Of a stretch of 64,000 nucleotides of DNA, positions 15,870-28,577 are shown one piece after another. This stretch comes from Cercozoa sp. M6MM. Taxonomy: Eukaryota; Protista; Endomyxa: Ascetosporea. A model generated the notes under the pieces. That model ran no database searches and was not told the DNA's origin. It worked only from the letters and a program-made list of their open reading frames with translations. Made by a program: the position numbers and the translations under genes. The DNA lies in assembly GCA_040357565.1 (NCBI GenBank), contig JBDODJ010000020.1; one strand, written 5' to 3'. How positions within the stretch are numbered: position 1 is the stretch's first letter; every line of letters begins with the position of its first letter.

Positions 15870-18542
15870 TCAATCGGTATGGCAGTTCCGGCTGTCGGTG
15901 CTGCCACGTCCCGATCGCGGCAATTCACCCGAGGAGCTGAAGCATTTGCTGCTACAGTACTAGTTGAAACACTCAAGTCCCATCGATATCCGCGCGGCTG
16001 GTCAGTGCATCGATAGGTACGAATTAGAGCGGGAGACTGGCGCACTGCGGCCGCTCTTGTGCCGCCGGCAGGCCTCTTTCTCGGCGTCGCTGAGAGCGAT
16101 CTCGCTGGCCAGCGCGTCGAACTGCGACGAGCGTAAGAAGGACATCCACTGCGCACGAAAGTTGAGTGGACTCGAAACTTGAGTTGAGTTGCTTTTCTAC
16201 CTGATCGGACTGCAGAAGCCGCAAGATCTCGCGATGCGCCTCGTCAAAGAGAGCCGAGGTGACACCTTGCGCGTCGAGAGCGCACGTGACAGTGCCTTTG
16301 GCGAGCTCTTGCGCACGGCGAGCATGCCCAGCTCGCGTCTGCTCGATCACCTCGGCGATCGCATCGAGCACGGCCGAGGAGAGATTCACGCGTCTCGCCG
16401 CCTTGGGCGCCACGTAGCGACGGAAGATCCGCGTGGCTGCGCGACTGCGTTTTTCCCGGGTCACACATGAGAAACGCTGACAGAAACGGCACAGTGAAAT
16501 ACCGCAACGCAGTGCCGTCGGATTCGTCGAGTGTTTTGAACTCGGCGACACTGCTCAAAAAGAAGATGAAAAAACACACAATTTCTTTTGCAAGAGAACG
16601 CCAAGAGAGTCAAAACTCACTCGAGCACGAAATCGAGGTTCTCGCGCGCTGCGCGCGTCTCCAGAAACTCGCCGAAATGTCGCTGCAGTCGCTTGTTCAT
16701 CTGCTGGCCAGGTTGAACGGCACTTTCGAAGGCACTGCGGAGACAAGGCAAGTTTCGAAATGCGTTGAATGAGAGACACGTCGATTTAAGAACTTACAGA
16801 GCAGCGAGAATGTTGTCAGAAGCAGAAGCGAATTCGAGTCCGAACGCATCGATCTCGGCCACAGAAAGCGCGTTGACCGTGGCGACTGGCGGGATGCCTT
16901 GCACCACTGCACAAAGATACACACACGACATTGAACGAAACAAACTCAGACACCTATAGGGCACGACCGGGTACCGCGGAGGCCAGCAGCATCTGGTTCA
17001 ACCTCTCGAATGCCGAACTTTGCCATGTCGTCAAAGAAGTCGTCGTGCGCTAACTCACACATCGAAAATACACCGACACAATAACAGCAACAACAACTGA
17101 AAGTGCAAAATTACTCGGAGTGTTCAACTGCTCAGCAGAAGACGAAACCGCTTCGGCAGCTCTGCACAGTTTCTCCATTACGTTATTTCCTTCGTTTGCA
17201 AAAAACAGAAATACGCGCGCAAATTGTCGCGGAAGGTGCGCAGCGATTTCGCAAAGTTGCGCATGCGTGTATCTTCCGCCTGCTTGATTTCCTGCTCGAA
17301 AAACCAGTTCCAACATTCATTAAATAATCAAAGCAAAGTGATACCGTGATCAAGTTTGGCAGCGCAGTCAGGTGCAAATGAGCAATGGCGCCATTCGCCT
17401 CATCGATCGCTCTGTCATTGGCTATGCGCAAAATACACCTATGAAGGTTTACGAGGGGAATACAGAGACGTAGACTTACCCAAAGCAACATTGCGTGCAC
17501 GCAAACGAATCTGTTCGCACTGGTGCACGGTGCGCGCAGTCTCTTGCCGCGTCGAGCGCACCGAAGTGTTGCCGCTGCTGTTGCTGCTGTTGGAGCGCCG
17601 CATCAGCAAGCTGCGCAAGCGTGCGTTTGCAAAAGCTGCTACGGCAGGTGTTGTGCCGCCAGTCTCGACTGCATCGCTACAGACCACTCGTTTCTCCTTT
17701 TCCTATGCGACAAAATACACTTGCTTTCGTGAAAGTTTGCGATTCAAAAATCTGAACTGAAACTGTACAATTGCAGCTCGGCACTGTTCTACTGCTTTGA
17801 GTAGTTTCTGCGACGATTTTTGAGCTTCCAGACGTCGCTTTTCGGAAACAGCAGCAGCGGTGAGTTGCGAACACTGAGTCAGCGCGTGCGCCACTTTAGC
17901 ACGCAAGCGCGGCAACGATCGCTGGCCTTCTGACAGTGAGCCCTGCAGCAACTGCAAAAAAATTGAAAGACGCGAAAACCTCCAAAAGTGTAAAAGGAGA
18001 AAAGGGCAAAAGGTACAGTCGTGCAGTCCGAACCGGCGATACTCTTTGCTGAGCGCTCCATTGCACTCGCAATTGCGCGCGTCTGAATTTTGCATTTATT
18101 TCGACATACGCGCGGAAGGAAATGAAACTTTACCTGGCGGATCATTAACGTGATGGATTTGAATGCATTTGTTTCGCGGTACTCACGCGATAGGTTTCTG
18201 CAAAATCAAGAAAAAGATATTTCAGGACACACTAAACAGTCGAGGGATCGGACGTACGAATCCGACTGAAGTCTGACGCCGTAGTGGACACATGTCGCGT
18301 CCAGTTCTTTGGCGAACTGTTCTTGAAGTGCAGCAACTTTCGCAGTGAAATTGGCTGCTCGTTTCATTGTATACATTGTTTCCTCCTGTGGCAGGAACAA
18401 CACAACACACTTGCACTGATTGTCGTATTTTCAATGTTGACTGAGTTGAGCGAAATATTACCACCCGGCGCAACGCGGCCGACATGTCAGTGCCAACTGA
18501 AGGCACCTTGGCGAACTCTGCCTGCGACAGTCCACGCTGCAT
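15870..18542 (-). CDS. Protein with C-terminal RGS domain and probable N-terminal FCH/F-BAR helical domain; multi-exon
   Basis: RGS: HFGEFLETRAARENLDFVL...AATRIFRRYVAPKAARRVNLS...LFDEAHREILRLLQSDQ|WMSFLRS. N-terminus EETMYTMKRAANFTAKVAALQEQFAKELDATCVHY is FCH-like and followed by coiled-coil exons. Confidence 0.7.
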
Positions 18543-18897
18543 CTTTCGCTCGCCTACTTTTGTGTTGAAAGCACTGAGAAACGAAAACGACGCGAAAATG
18601 TGATTGGAAAGCACACAATGTACCCAGGAAGCGATCAGGACTTTAAGCCTACAGCAGCACAGAAAACAGCAATAGAAGCACACTCTAGTGCAAGAGAAGT
18701 GGCGGAAATTATCGACAAGCCCAAAAGGCATTTCGTTGATTTTCGCGTGCCGAAGTGCGAGTTTTGCCACCCAGGCACTGGAGCAATTTGGCGGCATTCT
18801 TGCCAAACTGCAACTGACAGTACTTGAACTGCTTCATCAGTGTGCTCATACAGCATGGCGGGCACATCAAATCACGATCGATCACCGCTGTAAATTC

Positions 18898-19000
18898 GGT
18901 AAATTCGTCGAGACAACCAACACGGTAAATTCGTCGAGACAACCAACACCTCATTCTCCAAGACTAATGCTCCGATACTTAGTTGGTGTTGGTTGTCTCG
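18898..19000. repeat. 26-bp direct duplication plus 16-bp perfect inverted repeat
   Basis: ggtaaattcgtcgagacaaccaacac at 18898 and 18924. cgagacaaccaacacc (18935-18950) pairs with ggtgttggttgtctcg (18985-19000). Confidence 0.85.
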
Positions 19001-19365
19001 TGTTGGACGAACAGGGGGTGCAGACTGCCGGGACCGTGGTCGGAGTACTTGGACAGGAGGAGACTGCACGACCGCTTCGGAATCAGAACTGTTCTCGTAT
19101 CGACCGTTGCGTCGGTTTGATTGATGCTAAACAGCTGAACTAAATGTCGGAAGCCTAGTCAAAAGCAAGCCCAGTCCGGTCATTAGGGCGGAGATTCGAT
19201 TCTGAAGCCGGCGACCGACAGTCCGCGGGGAGGGTTTAAATTACAAAAGTAAAAGGGCAGTCCGACCGGACTGACGTGAGTCCAGTACGGTACGGTAACT
19301 TTGAGCTGCCCAGTGCAGGCGCAGTGAACCCATTATGTGTGCGCATGTGTGTGGTCTAGTGTGCC

Positions 19366-21175
19366 CTAGTCGTCGCCAGGCTGACGACGCTTCTTGGCGG
19401 TCTTGAACTTGTGGAACGTGCGCTCCTCCAGATCCTGTGGGGGGGGGGAGGGGTATGTAGATGTGGAGAGAGAGCAAAAGTGGAATGAGGGGCAGGTACC
19501 TGTCGCTGCATGTGCACTTGGCCGACTTTGCCACGCAGCTCGTCGAACGAGACGTTTTTGACCTTTTTCTGCTTGAGCTGCTTGGGCACACGACGCGCCG
19601 CGCGCTGCATCTCCTCTGTCATACATCAAAATATACAATGTCCAGTTATACATGTATAGGGGTCAATGGTACCGTCGGCACGATGCACGCGTCTCAGCGA
19701 CAGGTCCATGCGGGGCTGCCATATATATATATATATATATACATATACAGATATATAAATATACATATATAACAAATAAATAAATAAATGAATATAATAA
19801 AGTACATAGATATAAATATATGAGTACGCCAATCTCCTCGAGTGCCACGGCAGGACCACTGGCGCCGTCCTCCTTCGTGTTGTACACCACGGCGTAGTGC
19901 CGCAGCAGCAGCTAAGTGGAGGGGGGGGGGGTAAAGAGGGGGGTAAAGAGGATGCACTCGATTACCTTCTTGCCCGGCAGTGCAGTGCAGACAACGACTC
20001 GCGTGACACCGGCCACGTTGATCTTGTCGACCTCAGCACCTGGGTCGAGGGGGGGGGGGTAAAGGGGGTAAAGGGGGTAAAGGTTAAATGCACCTCGCAA
20101 TAGATCAAGCATCAGCGAGCGCAGGGCGCGCATGTGCTCGTTGGTCTCAAAGTCACCTGAAGGGGGGACAACAGGGTAAATAGGGGTAAATAGGGAGTAA
20201 GAGAGAAGTAAATACTAAGGGGGTTAAAGGGAGTGGAGTGAACTACCCTGGAACAGCACGGCCGGCTTGGAACCAACATGCGCCACGGCGTTTCGCGATG
20301 CGCCCAGCGATTGCGCCTGGGGGGGGGTATAAGGTATAAGGTAAGGGAGAAGGGTATAAGGGACAAGGTAAAATGGGAGGAGTAAAGGTAAAGAGAAGGT
20401 ACAGAGCGGAAAGTGTCGGGATCGATCAGCAGCTCAAACATGTCGAGCACTTGGAAGTCGAACATGCGACCTACATAGGGGGGGGTAAAGAAGGGGGGTA
20501 AAAAGAAGGTTAAATTGGGGGTAAACATACCCAAAGTCAACGCGTGCGGACGCTTCTTCGCATGTGCACCGAGGCTACACAGAATACACACTTAATCATC
20601 GCCATCGCAGACTTAAACACAAAAAAGATATACCAAAAGAGCGACGCATCGTGCTTTCGGCACATGCTTTCCAACCTGGCCTGTCCTTCCGACTCAAACG
20701 GCCGCACGTCGTTTCGACGCTGCAGCAGCATCTACACAGGAGGGTTAACAGGGTACAACAGCGTCAAGGGGGATTAACATCAATGTACGGCATCTGGCTT
20801 CTTGAGCATGAACATGTCCTTCACCGCACTGAGTGATTTGACAGCCACACGTTAGTACAAACTACAGAATCGAACCAGAAAAGCACAAGAGAGAGCACTT
20901 TTGCACAATGTCCGAGGTCTTGTGTCCCTTTAACACGAGCGCGCGTTTCGTGTTCTCTTTCGTCTGCAGCAAAAACCAAAAATCATGATTACAGGCGATC
21001 AGGCCCACATTGAGTTTTACCAAAGGCGCACGCTGTTTGAGCGCACGCTTGGCGCGCCGGTTGGTTGCCTTGCTGCGCTCACACAAAAGTAGGTCAGATC
21101 ACACAGGGAAATAATAAAAAAAACACTGTAACGAGCATAGAGCGAGGAAATAGTGACTTACGACACGCGTTCCAT
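19366..21175 (-). CDS. RPF2: Ribosome production factor 2 (Brix domain)
   Basis: KENTKRALVLKGHKTS...RRNDVRPFE...KHDASLF...HAKKRPHALTL|GRMFDFQVLDMFEL...GSKPAVLFQG...LEEIG|PRMD...KKVKNVSFDELRGKVGQVHMQRQ|DL. Confidence 0.93.
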
Positions 21176-21329
21176 TAAAGTAACCAATCGCTGGTACGGT
21201 CGCCACCCAAATTGCGCGTTGTCAGTCGATTTCGGCGCACGGCTCTCTGGGCTCAGAGAGCCGATAATTTTCTGCTAATTATTGTTGCTTTCTTGACCAG
21301 CGAGTGTGCGTGGGCTGCGCCTTGTTACA
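21176..21329. promoter_or_regulatory. Putative bidirectional promoter between RPF2 and DBP6/DDX51
   Basis: Divergent ATGs at 21175 and 21330, separated by 154 bp. CCAAT at 21184-21188. Confidence 0.45.
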
Positions 21330-21896
21330 ATGGCAGGTGTTTTCGAGGAGCATGCGCGGTTTCCGGGCGAGCGGGTACGCCAGAATAACAAATAATCAAC
21401 AAGCTGTTGTTTAGATGAGTATTGGTGCAGGTGATTCCGAACACGTCGTTGCCGGTAGATGCGCTGGCACTGGACGAGCGACTGCGCGCTGTTCTCAAGA
21501 ACGACATGGGTATCCGCGAGTTCTTCCCGACCCAGGTATATCTTGATCGACATATATATATATATATATATATATTTATAATGTAATGGGTAGGCAAGAG
21601 TGGTCCCTGCAGTTCTCGCGGCGCACTGGTCGCAGCGAGACGTCTGTGTCTGCGGTACTCTCTTTTGTGGATCTGTGTGACCGTTTGTGTGTGACCTGTA
21701 TCATAGCCCCGACTGGTGCCGGCAAGACACTGGGTATTATAACTATATTTTGATTCAGATATGTATATATATCTGTATATATATATGTATATAATCTATG
21801 GACGAATTAATGTAGGTTACGCACTTCCTGTGTGTCAACTTTTGAGTGACTCGGCGACACGTCGACTGCGGGCCCTCATTCTGGGTAGGGTTATCC

Positions 21897-21935
<39 letters not shown>

Positions 21936-23196
21936 GTCGGTATATATATATATATATATGCGCACACACATTAATATACGTTATAGTGCCGACAAAGGAC
22001 CTCGTGGCACAGGTTACTGAAGTCGTCAAACCTCTGGCCAAACCGCTGGGACTGCGGTACCAATGTTACCCCCCCCGCCGGGGGGGGGCACGCCTTCCCC
22101 CCCCCCCCCCGAGCAGTGTAGGCTCAGCGACGGGCTCGCAGAGTTTCCTCGCCGAGCAACAACGCATTGTTGGTGACGTAGCAGCGTGTACTGTTCATTT
22201 TACCCTCCCTCTACCCTTTCCTTTATCTTCCTTCTCTTTATCCCCTTCCCTTCGCCCTTTTTTATCCCTTACTGGCAGCACAAGGCGGCGCCTCCAAGGT
22301 CGACATCTTGGTGGCCACACCGGGCCGACTTATGGACCATCTGCACTCGACCCCGGGTATCATTCCATCATATATATATACATCATATATATACATATGT
22401 ATGTATATATGCGTGTATATGCATGTATACATGTATATGTATGTATATGTAGGTTTCACACTGCAGCACCTGCGCATTCTCGTCGTTGATGAGGTTTGTT
22501 ACCCCGTGGCTCTTTACCCTCCCGCCTTTACCTCTATGTGTATCTGGACAGGCCGATAGACTGCTGCAGCAGAGATTTCAGGATTTCACGTTTGAGCTGC
22601 GACGGCATTTGCAGACGCAGCGACGTCCCTCTTTTGAGGTGTGTATATATTAATGTACGCATGTTTTATGTCTGTATCCATGTATATCTGTATTCACGTA
22701 TGTAGTAAATGTTGGTACTGTTGTTGGTAGGGCGATACGTTGGACGCCGTGCGAAACTACCGACTCGGTGCTTCAGCACGCAAGGTAACTGTATTTACAC
22801 CTTTGCACTTCCTCCCTAACCCCTTTAACCCCCTCTTTAACAGACAGAAAATGCGCCGTTTCACACGCTTTTGTTTTCGGCTACACTGACACGTGCGCTT
22901 CCTTAAGGTCACCATAGTGGGAGTATAGAGGGGAGGAAGCGTGTGTTTGTGCTGCACAGGCGACCCGGCGATGTTGTCGCAGCTGCGACTGACGAATCCG
23001 CTGTTTTTCTCGTTCGGCGGAGGCGCCGACTTTGCGCTGCCTCCTGGACTGAAGGTAGTGAGTGTTGTGTTTTTTCCTCCTACTGTTTGTTTCGAGTCTC
23101 CCTTCCTTTTTTGTAGGCGGTGGAGGTCAGAGTATCTGCCGCTCAGAAGGCGCTCTACCTGGTCAGCTTTCTGCGCGTCATGTCGACCTCCAAGGT

Positions 23197-23261
<65 letters not shown>

Positions 23262-24066
23262 GTATATATATTATATATATACAGTATATTAGTATTATAT
23301 CTTTTGATGCATAGGTTCTGGTATTTTGCTCCAACAACGAGAACGCGCACCGTTTGTCGCTGCTTCTGTCGGCCTTCTCGGCTGGTAGATCTGTTCTGTT
23401 GGGGAAGGGGTAAAAGGTAGGCTGACTCACCAGCAAAGTAGAGGGAGTGGCACTGCCGCCAGTGATGGAGTTCTCGGGCCAGGTCACTGCGGCACAGCGA
23501 CGCGCCGCTCTCGATCGATTCGCCAGCGATGGCGGCGTCCTTGTGGTGCCTTACCCCCTCCCTCCCATTACTCCTGTTTACCCCCCCCCCCAGGCCAGTG
23601 ACGCTGCCGGTCGCGGTCTCGATGTTCCTTCGCTCGACGTCGTCGTCAACTACGACGCACCGCGGACTCCGTAGAACTTTCTTTTTTGTGGCTATAGGTT
23701 AGATCTGTACTTTGTGTCTGTCCGTTTGTACAGCGAGATCTTTGTGCATCGTGCTGGTCGTACTGCCCGTGCAGGCAACAAGGGCACTGTCTACACCTTT
23801 GGCGATGTACACCTTCTCTCTTTGAGTAGCCAAGCTTGCTCTTGATTTAGTACTGTTTGTGTGTGTGTGTGTGGCAGGCGCGACAACTCGCGAAAGTGTC
23901 GCGCTTTTCCGAACAAATCGCGAACTTCAAAATTCGATCGTACTTTGTTTTTTGTTTTTGTTAGTTTTAAAAGTCTGTATTCTGACTATTTTTTTCACAG
24001 TGACAAGCAATTGTCGAAACAGCTCGCCGAATTGTCACAGGTACCCTTGATCACTCTGTCTCTCGA

Positions 24067-24104
<38 letters not shown>

Positions 24105-24255
24105 GTATATATCCTGTTGACAAACGGGTGTCTTGCAGGAATCGCAAGACGCACTCGGCCGCGCTCTGGAGCGAGCGAGCCGTGACGTTGCGGCTCCACC
24201 GCCAACGAAAAAGCGGAAAACTGCGACTGGCAATGACTCCAACAACTCAAACTGA
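21330..24255 (+). CDS. DDX51: DEAD-box RNA helicase DBP6/DDX51
   Basis: FFPTQ (Q motif), RDVCVC|APTGAGKTL, RLRALIL|VPTKDL, DILVATPGRLMDHLHSTP|GFTLQHLRILVVDE|ADRLL, LLFSATLT, ASDAAGRGLD, HRAGRTARAG. The GFTLQHLR and SFxxEQ segments are typical of DDX51/Dbp6. Confidence 0.88.
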
Positions 24256-24647
24256 TCACGCACTGCTATGCGCACGGCAGTATTCGTTTGATTGCAAAGA
24301 CTTGGAACTCCAGTCGTCCGGGACACTGCGCACGCAAAGAAGCTGCCGTTTGTTGAGGAACTTTAAAGGCGAAGGGCAGAGAAACTACATGGCAGTTAGT
24401 TTCTTGGTCGGGTCAGGTCGGGTACTGTAGACTGCCTGAACTCCAGTACTAATTAACGTATTTGTAGCTTCCGTTCTTTCCTTTCTCTAGAACTCCTACG
24501 ATTATAGGACTACTACTATTATGTTCATGCCCGGTATTTTCCTACTCAGGAAGTCCTTAAGCGACAGACGTGCTCGGACGGTGAGACATGCTCGCTTGTC
24601 AGGGACTGGGGAGGGAAGAAGGGCAAGGCAGGCAGGGAAGACAACTC

Positions 24648-27600
24648 TTAGGCAGCATGTTCGCAGGCACCGTTGGACAGACAGCGTCCGGTGGGACCGC
24701 AGTGACTTTGCATACTGCAACACATGCATCAATTATTACTGTAGAGTCGAACTGATTAGAGTCTACAGTGTGTGTACCTGCAGACACAGTGACCCGTGAT
24801 GCCACAGCCGTCGTAGGACTGTACAATCACAGTCGAGTATTGTTATACTATCTATTGGAGTAGGTTTCACTAACTTATATATATCTATGTATATTATAAA
24901 ACTGATAAACAAACAAATAACTGTATTTTTGCATACATACGAATATACTATACATCATTCTAGGTCGGACAGTGCAGTAGACATGTACACACAGTACATA
25001 GTATGTGTACGTATGGACAGGTACTACTAGTAAGTGTACCAAATCGAGAGTGTCGTCACGATGGGTCACGACAAAGTTGCGCACGAATTCGATGTTGAAC
25101 AGTCCGCGCGGATCGCGAATCTGCCGCTCCCTGACCCAACGGAAACAAGGTTCATCCCCTCTCTAGACAGTACACATTACAGTGGTTGTTACGACTCGAA
25201 TTGACTCGACTGAGGCGGTTGAAACTGCGACTTACCCGCCTGGGGGGGGGGGGGNNNNNNNNNNNNNNNNNNNNNNNNNNNNNNNNNNNNNNNNNNNNNN
25301 NNNNNNNNNNNNNNNNNNNNNNNNNNNNNNNNNNNNNNNNNNNNNNNNNNNNNNCCCTCCTCTTTATCCCTTACCACCCCCTTTACCCACCCTGAACCCC
25401 TTTACCCCCCCCCCCCCCTACCAAGGTGTCCTGCATGGCCTGTTCACGGGAGGCCAGTGTGTGCGACGGAATGTGAGTGGCGATCTCCAGCACCGCTCTC
25501 TATACGGTCAGAGTTTTACGGGCCTGTTTACCCCCCCGGTATACTACCCCCTACCTTGCCTCTGGTCGGTCCGAGCAGCGCCTTGCCAGGTGAGTTCATC
25601 AGTCGCACGTGCAGTGACACTCCATAAGAGGCCAGACTACAATGGTCCATTCGTACGGTACGTACAGTTGGACTGTACAGTTGTACAGTACAGTTGTACA
25701 GTACAGTGAGTGGTACCAGGCACCGTCGAAACGGGAGAAACGCTGCCGCTCAAAGTCGACGAGAATGTCGCCGAGTCGATCCAGCGGCACCGACACGTCC
25801 AAATTCGTGTAGCGACGCGACGCCGATGCCGTGCCGTTCTGTCCGCGCGGACGTAATCCTCCCCCTTGACCCCTTGGCCCCCTTAACTCAGACCTCAAGT
25901 GTAGAAAGGTACCAGGACAGTGTACTGGTAGCCACACGAGTTGAGATCGTCGCACAGCGAGGACATGCTGATGCGGTCGTAGTAACCCAAGGCAGGGAAA
26001 CTCCCGGCACCGAACAAGTAGGGCGACGTCAGCACCTGCGCCATGTAGGACGTCGTTGCTGCGGGGCAGGGGTAAGGGGGTAAACAGGGGGGTAAATAGG
26101 GGGGTAAACAGGGGGTAAAACCGCAAGACTGCGCCACGAAGGCCGCCGTGTCGTTTTGCGCGGCTACAATGGCATCGAACTGCTGCACCTCTGCCTGTCC
26201 AGTTGTACAGTCCACTAGTACAGTCCACTAGTGCAGTCCACTAGTACAGTCCACTAGTACAGTCCACTAGTACAGTCCAGTTGTACAGTCCACTAGTACA
26301 GTACAGTTGTACAGTACAGTTGTACCTCTCGATCGGCGACACTCTGCGGTGCAAAGAAGTAGTTCACTGCCGTGAGATCGCTCAGCGTCTTGTTGCGACT
26401 GGCCACTGCAGTGCCGAGTTATACCCCCCTAGTTCCCTTTACCCCCCTATTTACCCCCTACCCTACCCTAAGCCCTACCAGCAGCGGCAGCCTCGCCAAT
26501 CTTGTCGATGCAAAAAAGCACGAATTTGTGTTGTTCCGGGAACCAGTTGAACTGTCCGTTGGTACAGTCGGACTCGATCTAGTACACAGTTGTACAGACT
26601 CTGTCGTACTATGTGTACTACTGTATCGGATCAAGATCATTGTACCTGTTGAATCATACTGTCCAGCACTGTTGTCATTGTGTCGTTCGTGTACTCCAGT
26701 GTGTACCTGAGGGGGGAGGGGTTAGGGGGTAAACTAGGGGGCAAAACAGTTACGTTTGCGCAGTGGCGGCCTGTCGCCGTTCGATGCGCAGCGTCACCGA
26801 TGTCAGCACGCCGAGTGCGCCAAAGTTAACGGCGTGCTTTGAGGCACTCTGCTTCTGGTAGGTCTGCAACTGTCCTCACACACACTGTATCGTTACAAGC
26901 TGTACTAGGACTCAGTTTGGGTACATTTCCAATGCCATCGACGACGTTGAAAGCAGTCACCAGATCAGCTACTGTCGCTGCCTCTTTCAGCACCTATTGA
27001 TGCAGATAATACCGAATATTTATGGTACATTTGTATAGATATGGTAAGTGTATTATAAGTGTACACTGCCATGAGCGCCGGTAACAACTGCCCCACACCT
27101 GCACTCAGGTCATGTCAGTGTCCAGTAAAGTAGGTAGTAGATAGAGCAAGTGCTACGTCGACATGGCACTGAACATTGGACCGAACGGCAGCGAATAATT
27201 CGCCTGTCGCAGAACTGCCAAAACCTGCGCAACACAAGCGTTTTTCCAGTACAACTGTACAAACGGACAGTTTTGCGTCACTGCCGTGTACTGTACTGTA
27301 CCTGCGAAAGTGTAGTGCCGCAGCCTGCTGTCACCTCCATCGTTTCTGTGTTGATCTCGATCTGGCTCAAGTCTCCTGGGGGCAAGTTTTTATTTTACGT
27401 ATGCTAACAGAACCCCCTAGAGTACTAAAGCAGGCCACAATACCGGCGGGAGCATCATTGGGCAGTCGAATCAGCCACTTCTCGTGCGTGTCCAGGCGAC
27501 CCGGCAGTTGACTGTGAGTTCAGTTTTTAATAAAAAACAGCTGGACAAGCTCAAACTTTACGTACCGGTCTAAGGCATCCGGCTGCTCCGATGGGCACCA

Positions 27601-28111
27601 CGAAAACGTCGGCGCCATGCCTTCATTTCCATTTAAAATCAGAAGCTACACCTTGTAAGATTGAGTTTCAACGCTGAGTTACCACGAGCCATCGCCGAGA
27701 TTAAAGGCGCTCTTTCCTGTCGAGGTTGTTCATCCACTTCAGTTCGGGAAGCAGTTCTGGCAGCCACATAGAGACTAAATTACCATAGCGTAAGCTTCTT
27801 GGATGATAGCGATCACATCTGAAACGTTGCTCGGCTTGTAGACTCGGTCAACTGCACCAAGGTGAAACGATCATAAATTAAAATTAAGTTAATAAACCCT
27901 GCAAAAGAAGAATGAATAATTCCTCAAGATAAATTTTACCCCGGCAAGAACTCCACTGACGCACGTAAGGGTGCACGACGGTATCGGTCATGTAAGCTAC
28001 CGAGGCGACGACCAAAGCCTGTCCGACAAACCCCACCCGTTGAAGCTGTCCTCTTTGGGAGGCTGTTCCACCAAAACGCGTATGTACCAAGAAGACGAGT
28101 GCCGGTTGCAT
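24648..28111 (-). CDS. Secreted FAD-linked aldonolactone oxidase, similar to plant L-gulonolactone oxidase-like (GULLO) proteins; contains a 100-N gap
   Basis: Signal-like MQPALVFL|ALVVASVA; PCMH FAD-binding motifs (VYKPSNVSDVIAII, EVTAGCGTTLSQ, CGAVVTGAHGS, VNFGALGVLTSVTLRI); C-terminal DPRGLFNIEF and DGCGITGHCVCSMQSHCGP. Confidence 0.75.
25255..25354. other. Assembly gap (100 N); other gaps at 11707-11716, 42798-42807, 50427-50526 and 52216-52315
   Basis: N runs, each flanked by a homopolymer or a dinucleotide repeat. Confidence 0.99.
26205..26325. repeat. Intronic 13-bp minisatellite and GTACAG-type repeats
   Basis: gtacagtccacta about 6-7 copies, then gtacagtt/gtacagta. Related tract at about 25660-25706. 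Confidence 0.85.
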
Positions 28112-28577
28112 GTTTCGACTGAAAAGGACCCTCGACTGTGAGTTCCTGTTGGGTCCCAGAAACAGAACAAAAAAAAAAACAATGCTTTGGTCCAACCTGG
28201 GACTGGCACACGCAAGTCACTAGGTCGCGTGCATCCTTACCTAGACTTAAGTGCGACTGCTGCGAATAGTGACCAAACTGAAGAAAGTCAAAACACGTGC
28301 GAAAAAGATCCACAGCCGCGAAAAAGAGCGAGCACGGTTTTGGGTCGCCCAGTGGTCAGTGAACGATCATTCAGTGTTGGTGACCGATCACAGGCCACTG
28401 TACAGTCGACCCAGTGGTCTCAGTGATTACTCGCGATCATCCAGTCGACTCACCCCGGACAGAACTGGGCGACAGCGTTCTGCACTTTCCGATACTAAGT
28501 TTACCCTCAAAGATGTGCTCGTGCACTAAGTTACAACAGAAACTTAACAGCGGTGCAGACATCCTGTTCAGTTCAAT

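Noticed and set aside
26205-26325. CRISPR-like array
   Set aside because: Head-to-tail 13-mers with no unique spacers, intronic, and no cas genes.
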